Both the position numbers and the translations under genes were made by a program. A stretch of 64,000 bases of DNA from an uncultured Planctomycetota bacterium (GTDB taxonomy: Bacteria > Planctomycetota > Planctomycetia > Pirellulales > Lacipirellulaceae): NCBI GenBank assembly GCA_963719315.1, contig CAVRBU010000006.1, positions 1 to 64,000 on the forward strand, read 5' to 3'. The notes under the pieces were generated by a model, which saw only the letters and a program-made list of their open reading frames with translations, made no database searches and was not told where the DNA came from. This document shows, piece after piece, positions 53,497 through 62,933 of this stretch. Within the stretch, counting starts at the first letter, position 1. The number at the start of each line of letters is the position of its first letter.

Positions 53497-54354
53497 ATGA
53501 ATGTTGAGCGAGCGGCAGCGGCAGATAGCACGGCAGTACGGGTCGCCTTGTGGCGTGCCATGCACGTTCAAGTCGACGCGCCGCCGCATGTACTCGCAGA
53601 CGCAATTGGCCTGCGGCTGGTGGCCCCGGATGACGGCTGGCGCAGCCGCCCGGACATGGACCCGCAGGCTACGAGCCTCTTCCGCGCCTCCATCGTGGCC
53701 CGTGCCCGCTTCATCGAGGATCTGGTTGTGGAACAGGCTGGCCGCGGCGTCAGCCAGTACGTTATCCTCGGCGCCGGCCTGGACACGTTCGCGCTGCGCA
53801 GGCCGGAGATCACCGCGAGCCTTAAGGTGTTCGAGGTCGACCAGCCCGGTCCTCAGGCCTGGAAGCGCCAGCGCCTGATCGAGCTCGGCTTCGGCATCCC
53901 CGAGTGGCTGCGGCTCGTGCCGGTCGATTTCGAGTCGGGCGGGTCCTGGTGGGATCGGCTCAAGACTGCCGGCTTCGACGCCGGCCAGCCGGCGGTCGTG
54001 TCCTCGACTGGCGTCAGCCTGTACCTCACGAAGGACGCGACCGCAGCCACTTTGCGCCAAATCGCGGTGCTCGCCCCAGGCTCCACGCTGGCCATGACGT
54101 ACATCCTGCCGCTTGAATTCGCCGAACCAGAGGAGCGTCCTGGATATGAGGCAGCGGAGAAAGGGGCACGAGCAAGCGGAACGCCTTTCATCAGTTTCTT
54201 TTCTCCGCTGGAGATACTGGCACTGGCCCGCGAGGCCGGGTTTAAAGAAGTCCGGCACGTGTCGGCAGTCACTCTTACCCAGCGCTACTTCGCCGGCAGG
54301 ACAGACAGCCTTCGGCCGGGAAGTTCGGAGGAGCTGCTGGTCGCAACGACCTAA
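53497..54354 (+). CDS. SAM-dependent methyltransferase (LCM/TIGR00027-like)
   Basis: RARFIED, QYVILGAGLDT, VFEVDQP. Confidence 0.9.
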   Translation: MNVERAAAADSTAVRVALWRAMHVQVDAPPHVLADAIGLRLVAPDDGWRSRPDMDPQATSLFRASIVARARFIEDLVVEQAGRGVSQYVILGAGLDTFALRRPEITASLKVFEVDQPGPQAWKRQRLIELGFGIPEWLRLVPVDFESGGSWWDRLKTAGFDAGQPAVVSSTGVSLYLTKDATAATLRQIAVLAPGSTLAMTYILPLEFAEPEERPGYEAAEKGARASGTPFISFFSPLEILALAREAGFKEVRHVSAVTLTQRYFAGRTDSLRPGSSEELLVATT

Positions 54355-54677
54355 AATTGGGCGCGTCCACGTTCCTGTCTTCGGACAATCAGTCGCGGTA
54401 TCCGGCTCTGCTACAATGCCGGCCGGGTCGCGTCGGCAGGTGGCCGCATCCAACGCGAGAAAACCTCGATCGGCCAGTACGTCTTCATCGCACTGGCGAT
54501 CGACACGGAAGGAAACATGTGCGGGCTGCATTCCAGTAAATAGCGTTGCATTATCAGAAGTGGAAAAAAGGCAGTGACCGAATCTGACTGCCTGATTGCT
54601 AACGGTTAATCTTTCGAGAGCCTGTGTCTGGCCCGCGGACACTTTTGGATCGCGTGCCAGCGCGGTATCATAAGGGG

Positions 54678-55436
54678 ATGGCGAATTCATTGAGCGATAA
54701 GCCGCGATTGCCGAGCCTGCTGCAATGGACGGGGCCGGGGCGGGCGGTGGTGTTCGTGCTTTCTGCGACATCGATCTGGTGTCTGCTGGGCGAGATGTAC
54801 GGCCTGGTGAACATGCGGACGTTTTTCTTCAGCATCCTGTTGCCGGCAACGACGTTGTTGTACGGAATGGCGGCTCTGGATCGGGCCCGCGGCGACGGGC
54901 GGCTGTGGCGGGCCGTGATGATTGGCACGCTCGGCGGTTTGGTCGGCGCGGTGGCGTACGACATCTTTCGGCTGCCGTTCGTGTTTTCGGATGCCTGGGG
55001 CTTGGGTCGCTTCGGCATTCCGCAGATGCCGCTGTTCAAAGTCTTTCCGCGGTTCGGGGCGCTCTTGCTCGGCGAGCCGTTGGAGCAACCAACCTATTCG
55101 CTGGCGGCCAACCTGTTGGGTTGGGCCTATCACTTCTCGAACGGCGCTACGTTTGGCGTGATGTTCGCCTCGCTGTACGCCGGCGCTCGCGAGGCGTTTG
55201 GCCCAGCGGGCGGCAGCACTTGGAAGGCGATTCCGTGGGCGATGCTGATGGCCGTGGGAATCGAGTTGTGTTTGTTGGCTTCGCCTTACGCGGCGTTTTT
55301 CGGAATTCACCTGACTCCGCGATTCATCACGGTGACGCTGATCGCCCACATCATATTTGGATTGGGCCTCGGTGCTTACTTCGCCTGGCACGCGGGGCGG
55401 TGGCGGCTGCCGGCGGCGAACGCGCGTTTTGCATAA
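54678..55436 (+). CDS. Multi-pass membrane hypothetical protein
   Basis: AAGGGG RBS; several TM segments; YHFSNG motif. Confidence 0.7.
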   Translation: MANSLSDKPRLPSLLQWTGPGRAVVFVLSATSIWCLLGEMYGLVNMRTFFFSILLPATTLLYGMAALDRARGDGRLWRAVMIGTLGGLVGAVAYDIFRLPFVFSDAWGLGRFGIPQMPLFKVFPRFGALLLGEPLEQPTYSLAANLLGWAYHFSNGATFGVMFASLYAGAREAFGPAGGSTWKAIPWAMLMAVGIELCLLASPYAAFFGIHLTPRFITVTLIAHIIFGLGLGAYFAWHAGRWRLPAANARFA

Positions 55437-55837
55437 TTTACGAAGCGATGCCATACACGGAATGTCGCTGCGCAGGATTCGGATGGATTGCGATGTTCGC
55501 CTCGACTGGGCGCTGATCGGCCTGGCGATCCAAACGCCCCGCCAGCGCGGGTGTTTCGTACGACCGATCGGCGCTGTTCGTGCCAGAAGTGCACGGATTC
55601 CCTACACCACGCGGTTTTGTACGAGGGGTGTCGGTCCATGCTGCACGTAACTTCTTTGGTGGCCAAAGGATGTGTTTTGGCAGTCCAAAGGGGTCCCATG
55701 AAACTCGTACAAAACTCGTACGTTTTGCTCGATCAGCCGAGCGCGCCGCCCTGGAAAACCCGCGATGGGGCGCGCACGGCGGAGAACAATATTCGGGAAG
55801 TTTATGTTCATTGATGCGCTAACCGAGCGTCTTTGAT

Positions 55838-55920
55838 GTAGGTCCCTTCTGCCGGAAGGGACCTCCGTGCGGGTGGAGCGCGCACGGCCGCTGAGGTCCC
55901 GCTCGGCAAGCGGGACCTAC
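55838..55920. repeat. GTAG-family REP doublet (REPIN)
   Basis: GTAGGTCCCTTCTGCCGGAAGGGACCT ... AGGTCCCGCTCGGCAAGCGGGACCTAC. Confidence 0.8.
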
Positions 55921-55999
55921 CAGTTACTCCTGGTTGCCAAAGAACGAGCGCCGGGATTTTCTGCGCGGAGATCGAATGTAGCAGATTGGGCGTGGATTT

Positions 56000-56265
56000 C
56001 TAGATTCGATTTTTGGCCGGCGCTCGGCGGCGACAGGGAATCAGGAGCGTCATAGTGACGGCAAGCAGCAATAGGGATGTGGGCTCAGGAACCGCACTGC
56101 TGGGCAAGCCAGCAGTGGCACCGGAACCGGAGGTAAAAGAAGTGCGGCCGAAGTTGGCGCGCCAGGTGGTGTAGTCGTCGGGCGTGTAGGTGCCGCCGGG
56201 ATTCTTGCGCCAGACGACGTAGTCGGCGGCGACGGCGTCGTCGTGGTTGAAATCGCCGGGTAGGT
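56000..56265 (-). pseudogene. Orphan dockerin-like plus PEP-CTERM tail, copy 1
   Basis: PGDFNHDDAVAADYVVWRK...WRANFG...VPEPTSLLLL...RRR with no credible N-terminus. Confidence 0.7.
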
Positions 56266-56371
56266 CGGGGGATGATTGCGATGCGGGAACCCAACTCTCC
56301 GGAACTCGATGACGATGACTTTGTCGGCGCGGTGTGGTAAACTTGTTTGAGAGGTGAAAGCGAGGCAATCG

Positions 56372-56614
56372 ATGGCCGAAATCAATCAGTGGCAGCGTCG
56401 GATCAAAGTCGATCCCACCGTCCATCACGGCGATGCGTGCGTAGCGGGCACGCGCGTTCCAGTGAGCGTTATCGTCGGCAGCGTCGCGGAAGGCGACACC
56501 TGGGATCAAATCCTTGCCAGCTACCCGCAACTCAAGCGCGAGGATATTCAAGCGGCTCTTTTGTACGCGGCTGAAGCCGTCAATCGCTTTGAAATGATCC
56601 CGCTCGGCGATTGA
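56372..56614 (+). CDS. DUF433 antitoxin-like protein
   Basis: DPTVHHGDACVAGTRVPV...YPQLKREDIQAALLYA. Confidence 0.9.
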   Translation: MAEINQWQRRIKVDPTVHHGDACVAGTRVPVSVIVGSVAEGDTWDQILASYPQLKREDIQAALLYAAEAVNRFEMIPLGD

Positions 56615-56621
56615 ACTGCCC

Positions 56622-56984
56622 ATGGCTGTCGCGGTCAAAGTGGATGAGGATCTTCCGGGCGACATTGCCAGCCTGTGTAGCGCGGCAGGCTATGATGCCA
56701 CGACCGTTTATCTGCAAGGACACCATGGTTTGCCAGACAAACAGTTATGGCCCAAAGTTCAGCAGGAACAGCGAATGCTCTTCACCGCGGACAAAGGCTT
56801 CGCCAACGCACGCGACTATCCGCCTGGTTCTCACGCTGGTGTCGTTCTGTTCCGGTTGCCTCGCGAATCACGCGTCGGCTATATCCGACTTGCTGAATTC
56901 CTGCTTGCGCAGGTAAAGCTCGACAACGTCGCGGGCGCGATCGTCGTGGTCTCACCGGATGCGATCAGAGTGCTGCGCGCGTAG
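56622..56984 (+). CDS. DUF5615 PIN-like toxin
   Basis: KVDEDLP, FTADKGF, HAGVVLFR. Confidence 0.85.
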   Translation: MAVAVKVDEDLPGDIASLCSAAGYDATTVYLQGHHGLPDKQLWPKVQQEQRMLFTADKGFANARDYPPGSHAGVVLFRLPRESRVGYIRLAEFLLAQVKLDNVAGAIVVVSPDAIRVLRA

Positions 56985-57002
56985 TACGACGAACAATCGA
57001 TT

Positions 57003-57262
57003 TCAACAACGATTTTTGGCCGGCGCTCGGCGGCGACAGGGAATCAGGAGCGTCATAGTGACGGCAAGCAGCAATAGGGATGTGGGCTCAGGAACCGCAC
57101 TGCTGGGCAAGCCAGCAGTGGCACCGGAACCGGAGGTAAAAGAAGTGCGGCCGAAGTGGGCCCGCCAGGCGTCGTAGCACTGCTGCGTGCCGTCGGTCCA
57201 GCGCCAGGCGACGTAGTCGGCGGCGTCGGCGGTGTCGTCGTGGATGAAATCGCCTGGCAGGG
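57003..57262 (-). pseudogene. Orphan dockerin-like plus PEP-CTERM tail, copy 2
   Basis: PGDFIHDDTADAADYVAWR...VPEPT; 57010-57157 identical to 56007-56154. Confidence 0.7.
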
Positions 57263-57299
57263 GCGCGGGATGACCCAGTCTGCCCACAAATTGCGGCCG

Positions 57300-57540
57300 C
57301 TAGTCGATGTCTTCCAGCCGAACGCCTTTCCCGGCGCAAGCTTTCGCGCGCTTGGGCGATGCGTTTCAGAAAGCGGGGGTCGTTTTCGAGACGATAATCG
57401 AACCAATCGTCTTCGTTCGCAAATCCCACCAAGACGCCGGCCGGCTTTCCGTGGCGCGTGATGACGATTTCCTCGCGCGCTGCCAGGCGGAGGTAACTGG
57501 AAAGTTCATCTTTCACATCGGTCAAACTCACCGTCTTCAT
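57300..57540 (-). CDS. Phd/YefM antitoxin, frameshift near the 3' end
   Basis: MKTVSLTDVKDELSSYL...IVITRHGKPAGVL; natural end GVRLEDID* in another frame. Confidence 0.85.
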
Positions 57541-57827
57541 CGTTCACCATGCCTCTCGAGCCAGTCGTTCGCCGCCTGTTTTTCAACGATCGCTAGAATC
57601 TCCACGGTATCTTCCGAGATGTCGTAGAACACTCGCAGTTCGTTGACACGAAGGCGATACTGCGGCCTCTTCAGGCCTCTCAGCCGCTTGATTCGGCTTT
57701 TGGAAACCTTGGTTGGTTCGTGCCGCAGGCGCTTCTCAATGCCATGTTTGACGTCAGCGCGTACGTTCGCCTTCAGCTTCTTCAGGTCATCAATCGCCTC
57801 GGGGGCTAAATCAATATTTTATCGCAT
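57537..57827 (-). pseudogene. RelE/ParE toxin with in-frame stop at codon 3
   Basis: Hand translation MR*NIDLAPEAIDDLKKL...IKRLRG...YRLRVNELRVFY; stop overlaps the antitoxin ATG. Confidence 0.8.
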
Positions 57828-58821
57828 TCTGGCCAGAGTCTAGCCAGAATGATTGAGCGGTACAAGAGTCGCCGTAGCGCGGCCTGTGCCGGGAAATAAT
57901 CACTCCGCCAAGACCGATTGCGACGAGCATGCACGCCGCCGGTTCGGGCACGGCAGGGGATAGCGATTGGGCAGCGGGCAGCGAGGAACCGCTGCCGGCG
58001 GTTTGGCCGAAGTGGGATCGCCAGACGTTGTAATCTGACTGGGTATAGGTCGTTCCCAAGCCATTGCGCCAGACGACGTAGTCGGCGGCGTCGACGGTCC
58101 CGTCGGCGTTGTAGTCGCCGAGTAGGACAAGGATGGGCACTTCGATATCCACGAAGTCGTCGTTCGACACCAGCGAACCGGAACTTTCGGGCCGGGAATC
58201 GCGTATCGAGGTTCTATGAGACGTGATCGTTTGCGGCACGACGAGGGGAAAACCGTAGGGGTGAACGAAATCATACTCTGCGGGGAACCAGAAGACTCCT
58301 GGATATTGGGGAACTGCAATACTACCCTCGCCTCGGGCAAAGAATGAGATGCCCGCAGCGTCGTCAAGGGGCAGTAGCCCGATTTCCCAAAACCCGCTTC
58401 CGGGCCAGAGACCACCGTAGCTGTAGGTATTCCGCAACTCGAGGAAGAGGTCGTCGCCCAGGCTGCTCCTGGTCAACTGCTGGCTGATCACGTCATTGAG
58501 GACGTCGGCATCGGGACCGACGAACCCGAAGTCAAACGACGCCGCGTGTACGCGGGTGATAAAGTGCTCGATATCCATGAAAGAATCCTCGATATATTCA
58601 TTTGACTGCGTGAAGCCGTACAGCGTGAGCGACCACGTGTTTTCGTTATCGTGAGCGAAGACTTCGGTGAGATCGGCGCCGACCGTTCCCGTCAATTGGT
58701 CCATGTGGAATGTCCCGCCGATGCTGAGTGTGTCGGCCTCCAGGACGGATGCTGCGCTTGGGGCCAGCGCGATCGCCAGCAACGAGACGGCGAGCCAGCG
58801 GTAATGTCTCAAACATGTCAT
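57811..58821 (-). CDS. Secreted PEP-CTERM protein
   Basis: Signal peptide; GDYNADGTVDAADYVVWR, VPEP, TM helix, basic tail. Confidence 0.85.
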   Translation of the reverse strand: MTCLRHYRWLAVSLLAIALAPSAASVLEADTLSIGGTFHMDQLTGTVGADLTEVFAHDNENTWSLTLYGFTQSNEYIEDSFMDIEHFITRVHAASFDFGFVGPDADVLNDVISQQLTRSSLGDDLFLELRNTYSYGGLWPGSGFWEIGLLPLDDAAGISFFARGEGSIAVPQYPGVFWFPAEYDFVHPYGFPLVVPQTITSHRTSIRDSRPESSGSLVSNDDFVDIEVPILVLLGDYNADGTVDAADYVVWRNGLGTTYTQSDYNVWRSHFGQTAGSGSSLPAAQSLSPAVPEPAACMLVAIGLGGVIISRHRPRYGDSCTAQSFWLDSGQNAIKY

Positions 58822-59002
58822 CGGATGGTTCCTTTTCAATCGGCCTGCGTTAAAATGGAGCGACATCATTTCCGGCGCGCAAACCGAGCGCCGAGGTGAT
58901 GCCGGGCCGGTGAGGGACTTGCTTGGCGGTAAGCCTCACCGGCCGCTTTCTTTATCCGTATTTCGTTGTTACTGGTCCGCCCCGTGTTACAAGAGTACAG
59001 AT

Positions 59003-62000
59003 TTACTGCTTCGGCGAAGCCGGCTTGATGTCGTCCAGCGGGGCAACCGTAAATGTCCGCTCCTCGCTCCAGTCGCTCCAGGTGCCGTTGACCAGGGCCC
59101 GCACCTTCCATTGGTTGACATAATTCACGCCGGTATCACGCCATACGGACTCAAATCGGAAGGAAGATGAGGTCAGCGTCGGGTCGTCAATGACCCACGA
59201 CTCCTCCGTCCAACTCGTCACGAACAGGTGGTACTGTGTTGCTTCTGGCACATCGGACCAGTCGAATTTCCAGACCGTCAATTGGCTGCCGTCAAGACTC
59301 CCGTTTTCGACAGCGGCCACGGTCGCATTTTTGACGAGCTCAGGGCCGGGGATCGTCACAGGCGGCTCATCCAACGGCGGGGGAACTTCCAAGCCAAGTA
59401 GTCCCGCAGCCTCGGCACAGACGCTGCGCAGCTCTTCGTCCGTTAATAGGATCCCCATCCTCCACTGGGCGGCCTCGTCAAAAAACGTGCGTGCCTTTTC
59501 TATTTCGTTCAATCGCGCGTGGGCCATGCTCAGATAGAACAAGATGACGCTATCCTTCGCGTAGCTTTGCCGCGACTGTTCCAGTGTGTTGATAGCCGCC
59601 TGCCAGTTCCCCGCCCGGTACTGGGCCACGCCGAGGGTTCTTAGCGAGTGGGGCCAATTTGGGAGCAGCGTGCCGGCTTCTTGCGCGAGCTCAACCGCCC
59701 GTCCGGAATTGCGGGACTTCGGATCACCACTGGCAATCAATTGCCAGGCCCGGTCTTTCAACAAGAAGGCAAGACTAACCTCATACGATCTTGTCTTTGC
59801 TTTCACACCAGGCGCGACCGCCGCTGTTTCTTTTGCGATTCTGATCAACTGGCGGAGCACAGCAATCGCTTCGTCTAGCTTGCCCTGTTTGCGGAGGGCA
59901 TTGCTGAAGTCGGTGTAAGCGAGGTAGTAATTCGGGTCGATTACGATGGCCTGGCGATAGTAGGCGATGGCCTCGTCGCGTCTTCGATTCGTTTCCAAAA
60001 CACGCCCCACGTAAACGTGGAAGGGTGGGCTTGGTTGGGCTGCCAAGGCTGCCTCCGCGAAGCGCAGGACCTCATCCCGATTCGCAGACGGCAATTTGCT
60101 AAGATAGTAGGCCAGATCGACACTTATCAGGGCATCGCCGGGATGAAGTCGATGCGCTTTCCGCAGCCAGGCGACGCAGGCTGGGACGTCTCCGCCGATA
60201 AATAGAGCATTGCCCATGAGCTGCAAACTTTGAGCCGACAGCGCTGGCATATCCGCCGAATCGGCATGTTCTCGCAGAGCATTCAAATCCTCTTGGGTAA
60301 TCAGTAGGCGTAGCTGGCTCCGCCACGGGTCGGGATCGGCGCGCCGTGCGGCTTCCAGGAGCCGCTTCCATTCCGCCGGATCACGGGTGCGGTCGTGCAG
60401 GCCCCAGTCCCTGAGAACTTGGGCCCAATCGTCTAGCGCCGCCGCCACGCGGACAGTAGTGGCCGGCCGGCACGCAATTCGCGTGGCGATTTCCGGCGGG
60501 GTCAGGCTCTGCACATCGATGCCAATGTCCGCAAAGAGACTAGCATAGGCCGCGGTTTGACTTTCTTTTTCATACTCGATGCACCACCGCTGGGCGCGGA
60601 ATTCCTCCAGTCGCAGGATCATGTCCAAATCGCTGCGCAATTGATTTACGTGATCACGGACTTCATCGCTGCCGCCGCCGGCCAACAACCCCTCCGCCCG
60701 CTTAGCTGCCGACAGCGCCTCTGGCCACTTGCCTTGCTCCTGCCAACGCGCCGCTTCTTTCAAGGCCAGGTCCACTTCTCTGTCAATAGCGGCCTGACGT
60801 GTTGCCCGGTCGCGGGCGATCTCCTGCTCCCGCGCGCCGCGATCGCGCACCATCCAGCCAATGCTGCCCACCGACAGCAATGCCGCGAGAGCGACCACGG
60901 TCACCATTGTCAGCGCCGCCATATTCCGCCGGGCGAACTTGCCGAAGCGGTAGCCGGCCGATGGTGGACAGGCCTGCACCGGCTCATCGGTCAGATACCG
61001 CTTGACGTCGTCGGCAAGACTGCTGGCCGACTCGTAGCGCCGGTTACGGTCTTTGTCCAGCGCCTTCATCACGATCCAGTCGAGCTCGCCATGCACGTCT
61101 TTGGTCAAGCGAGCCGGCTCGGTGTGGCGATTGGCGGCGATCGACGGGAGCGTGTCACTCGTAGTCAGCCGCGTACTAGGCTTGGGCGGCTCCTCCTCGC
61201 GGATGATCCGCAGCATTTCGTCGAACGCGGCCTCATTCAGCCGCTTCCGTGCGAAGGGCGTCGAGCCGGTTAAGAGCTCATAGAGCAACACACCGAGAGA
61301 ATAAATGTCGCTGCGGGTGTCAACGTCGAGCTGGTTGAAGCGGGCCTGCTCGGGGCTCATGTACTCCACCGTCCCGATCATCTGGCCCAACTCGGTAAAC
61401 ATCGTCTTCTCGGTCAGCTTCTGCGCCGTCGCCTTGGCCACGCCGAAGTCGATCACCTTGGGGACCGGTTTTCCGTCGTACTCGGCGACCAAGACGTTGG
61501 TCGGCTTGATGTCGCGGTGGATGATGCCTTTCTGGTGGGCGTGCTGGACGGCCTGGCAAACGGTGGCCATCAGCTCCAGCCGCTGTCGGACCGTGAGATG
61601 CTGCGCGTCGCTGTAGTCGGTAATCGGCACGCCTTTTACCAGGTCCATGACGAAGTAGGGGCGGCCAGCGAAAAAGTCGCCCGTCGTTCCTGCGTCGATC
61701 ACGCGGGCGATGTTCGGGTGGTCCATCATCGCGAGAGCTTGCCGCTCGGCCTCGAAGCGGGCGATCACTTGCCGGGTGTCCATGCCGGGCTTAATGATTT
61801 TGAGCGCGACGGTCCGCTGGATCGGCTCGGTCTGCTCGGCCATGAAGACGACGCCCATGCCACCTTCGCCGATTTGTTGCAGCAGCTTGTACGGGCCGAT
61901 GACGGTGCCCGGGCCTTCGGCCAAGGTGTCGGGTATCGGGTGTCGGGTGTCAGTTTCGGAGCCGATGGCGGGCTGGCCCATGAAACTTCCCGCGTTTTCG

Positions 62001-62143
62001 GCCGCGGCTAGCAACGCCTCCACCTCGCTGCGTAAGGCGGAGTTCTGCCCGCAGGCGTGATCCAGAAACGCCGCCCGTTCCGGCGGAGAAGCGATCTCCG
62101 CCGCCTGGCCAAAAATCGATTTTACGTCCCCGCCGGTTTTCAT
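59003..62143 (-). CDS. Ser/Thr protein kinase with TPR-like repeats
   Basis: IGEGGMG, VALK, HRDIKPTN, DFG, YMSPEQ. Confidence 0.95.
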   Translation of the reverse strand: MKTGGDVKSIFGQAAEIASPPERAAFLDHACGQNSALRSEVEALLAAAENAGSFMGQPAIGSETDTRHPIPDTLAEGPGTVIGPYKLLQQIGEGGMGVVFMAEQTEPIQRTVALKIIKPGMDTRQVIARFEAERQALAMMDHPNIARVIDAGTTGDFFAGRPYFVMDLVKGVPITDYSDAQHLTVRQRLELMATVCQAVQHAHQKGIIHRDIKPTNVLVAEYDGKPVPKVIDFGVAKATAQKLTEKTMFTELGQMIGTVEYMSPEQARFNQLDVDTRSDIYSLGVLLYELLTGSTPFARKRLNEAAFDEMLRIIREEEPPKPSTRLTTSDTLPSIAANRHTEPARLTKDVHGELDWIVMKALDKDRNRRYESASSLADDVKRYLTDEPVQACPPSAGYRFGKFARRNMAALTMVTVVALAALLSVGSIGWMVRDRGAREQEIARDRATRQAAIDREVDLALKEAARWQEQGKWPEALSAAKRAEGLLAGGGSDEVRDHVNQLRSDLDMILRLEEFRAQRWCIEYEKESQTAAYASLFADIGIDVQSLTPPEIATRIACRPATTVRVAAALDDWAQVLRDWGLHDRTRDPAEWKRLLEAARRADPDPWRSQLRLLITQEDLNALREHADSADMPALSAQSLQLMGNALFIGGDVPACVAWLRKAHRLHPGDALISVDLAYYLSKLPSANRDEVLRFAEAALAAQPSPPFHVYVGRVLETNRRRDEAIAYYRQAIVIDPNYYLAYTDFSNALRKQGKLDEAIAVLRQLIRIAKETAAVAPGVKAKTRSYEVSLAFLLKDRAWQLIASGDPKSRNSGRAVELAQEAGTLLPNWPHSLRTLGVAQYRAGNWQAAINTLEQSRQSYAKDSVILFYLSMAHARLNEIEKARTFFDEAAQWRMGILLTDEELRSVCAEAAGLLGLEVPPPLDEPPVTIPGPELVKNATVAAVENGSLDGSQLTVWKFDWSDVPEATQYHLFVTSWTEESWVIDDPTLTSSSFRFESVWRDTGVNYVNQWKVRALVNGTWSDWSEERTFTVAPLDDIKPASPKQ

Positions 62144-62236
62144 GGCAGATTAGCTCCCACATGCCTCTATCTGTCCATGCAACGTCCCGAACCAACGACT
62201 GCCAAGATATCCGGAAATAATTTCGACGGCAGCGTT

Positions 62237-62811
62237 TTAAGAGAACTTTTGGCCAAGCCGTTGGAACAGCCAGGCGCGGGCGTAAGACCAATGGCGGTAG
62301 GCCGTCCGCTCGGAAATGCCGAGCAGCGTGGCTGTTTCCGCGAATGATAAACCGAGGAAATAGTGCAGCTTGACGACTTGAGCGGCTTGTGGGTCGGTCT
62401 GCTCCAGGGCGTCGAGCGACTCATGGACGGCCAGCACGTCGTCGTCGGGCGTTGCGCGATTACGTCGACTTCGTCGATTTCGATGTCGGCCCGCTGAAAG
62501 CCGCCGCCGTGACGGACTCGCCGTTTCCGCCGCGCGTTCTCGACCAGGATGCGACGCATGGCCTCGGCGGCGGCGGCGAAGAAATGGCCGCGGCCGTCCC
62601 ACCGCTGCGGCTCACGTTCGGCCGGGCCGACCAACCGCAAATAAGCTTCGTGGACGAGCGCGGTCGCGTCGAGAGTCTGGCCCGGCACCTCGTGCGCCAA
62701 CTTGGCCGCGGCGAGCTTGCGCAACTCCTCGTAGACCAGCGGGAGCAGGCGTTCGGCCGCGTGCGGTTCGCCCGCGTCGATGCTCTGAAGAATTTGGGTC
62801 ACATCGCTCAT
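62237..62811 (-). CDS. ECF sigma factor (TIGR02999-like), frameshift near 62455
   Basis: [39 protein letters not shown]. Confidence 0.9.
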
Positions 62812-62933
62812 GGCCACCAGTATATCATGGCGCGAGACTCGCCGAGCACGGTTGGCGTTCGAGTTGTCTCGTCCCGTACAATGCTAGTGGGATTGTAATG
62901 CCGCCAGGAGCGCGCCGCCGAACAGGATTCAAT

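Noticed and set aside
56000..56665. 221-aa minus-strand ORF as a real PEP-CTERM protein
   Set aside because: Its N-terminal part is the antisense of the DUF433 gene and has no signal peptide
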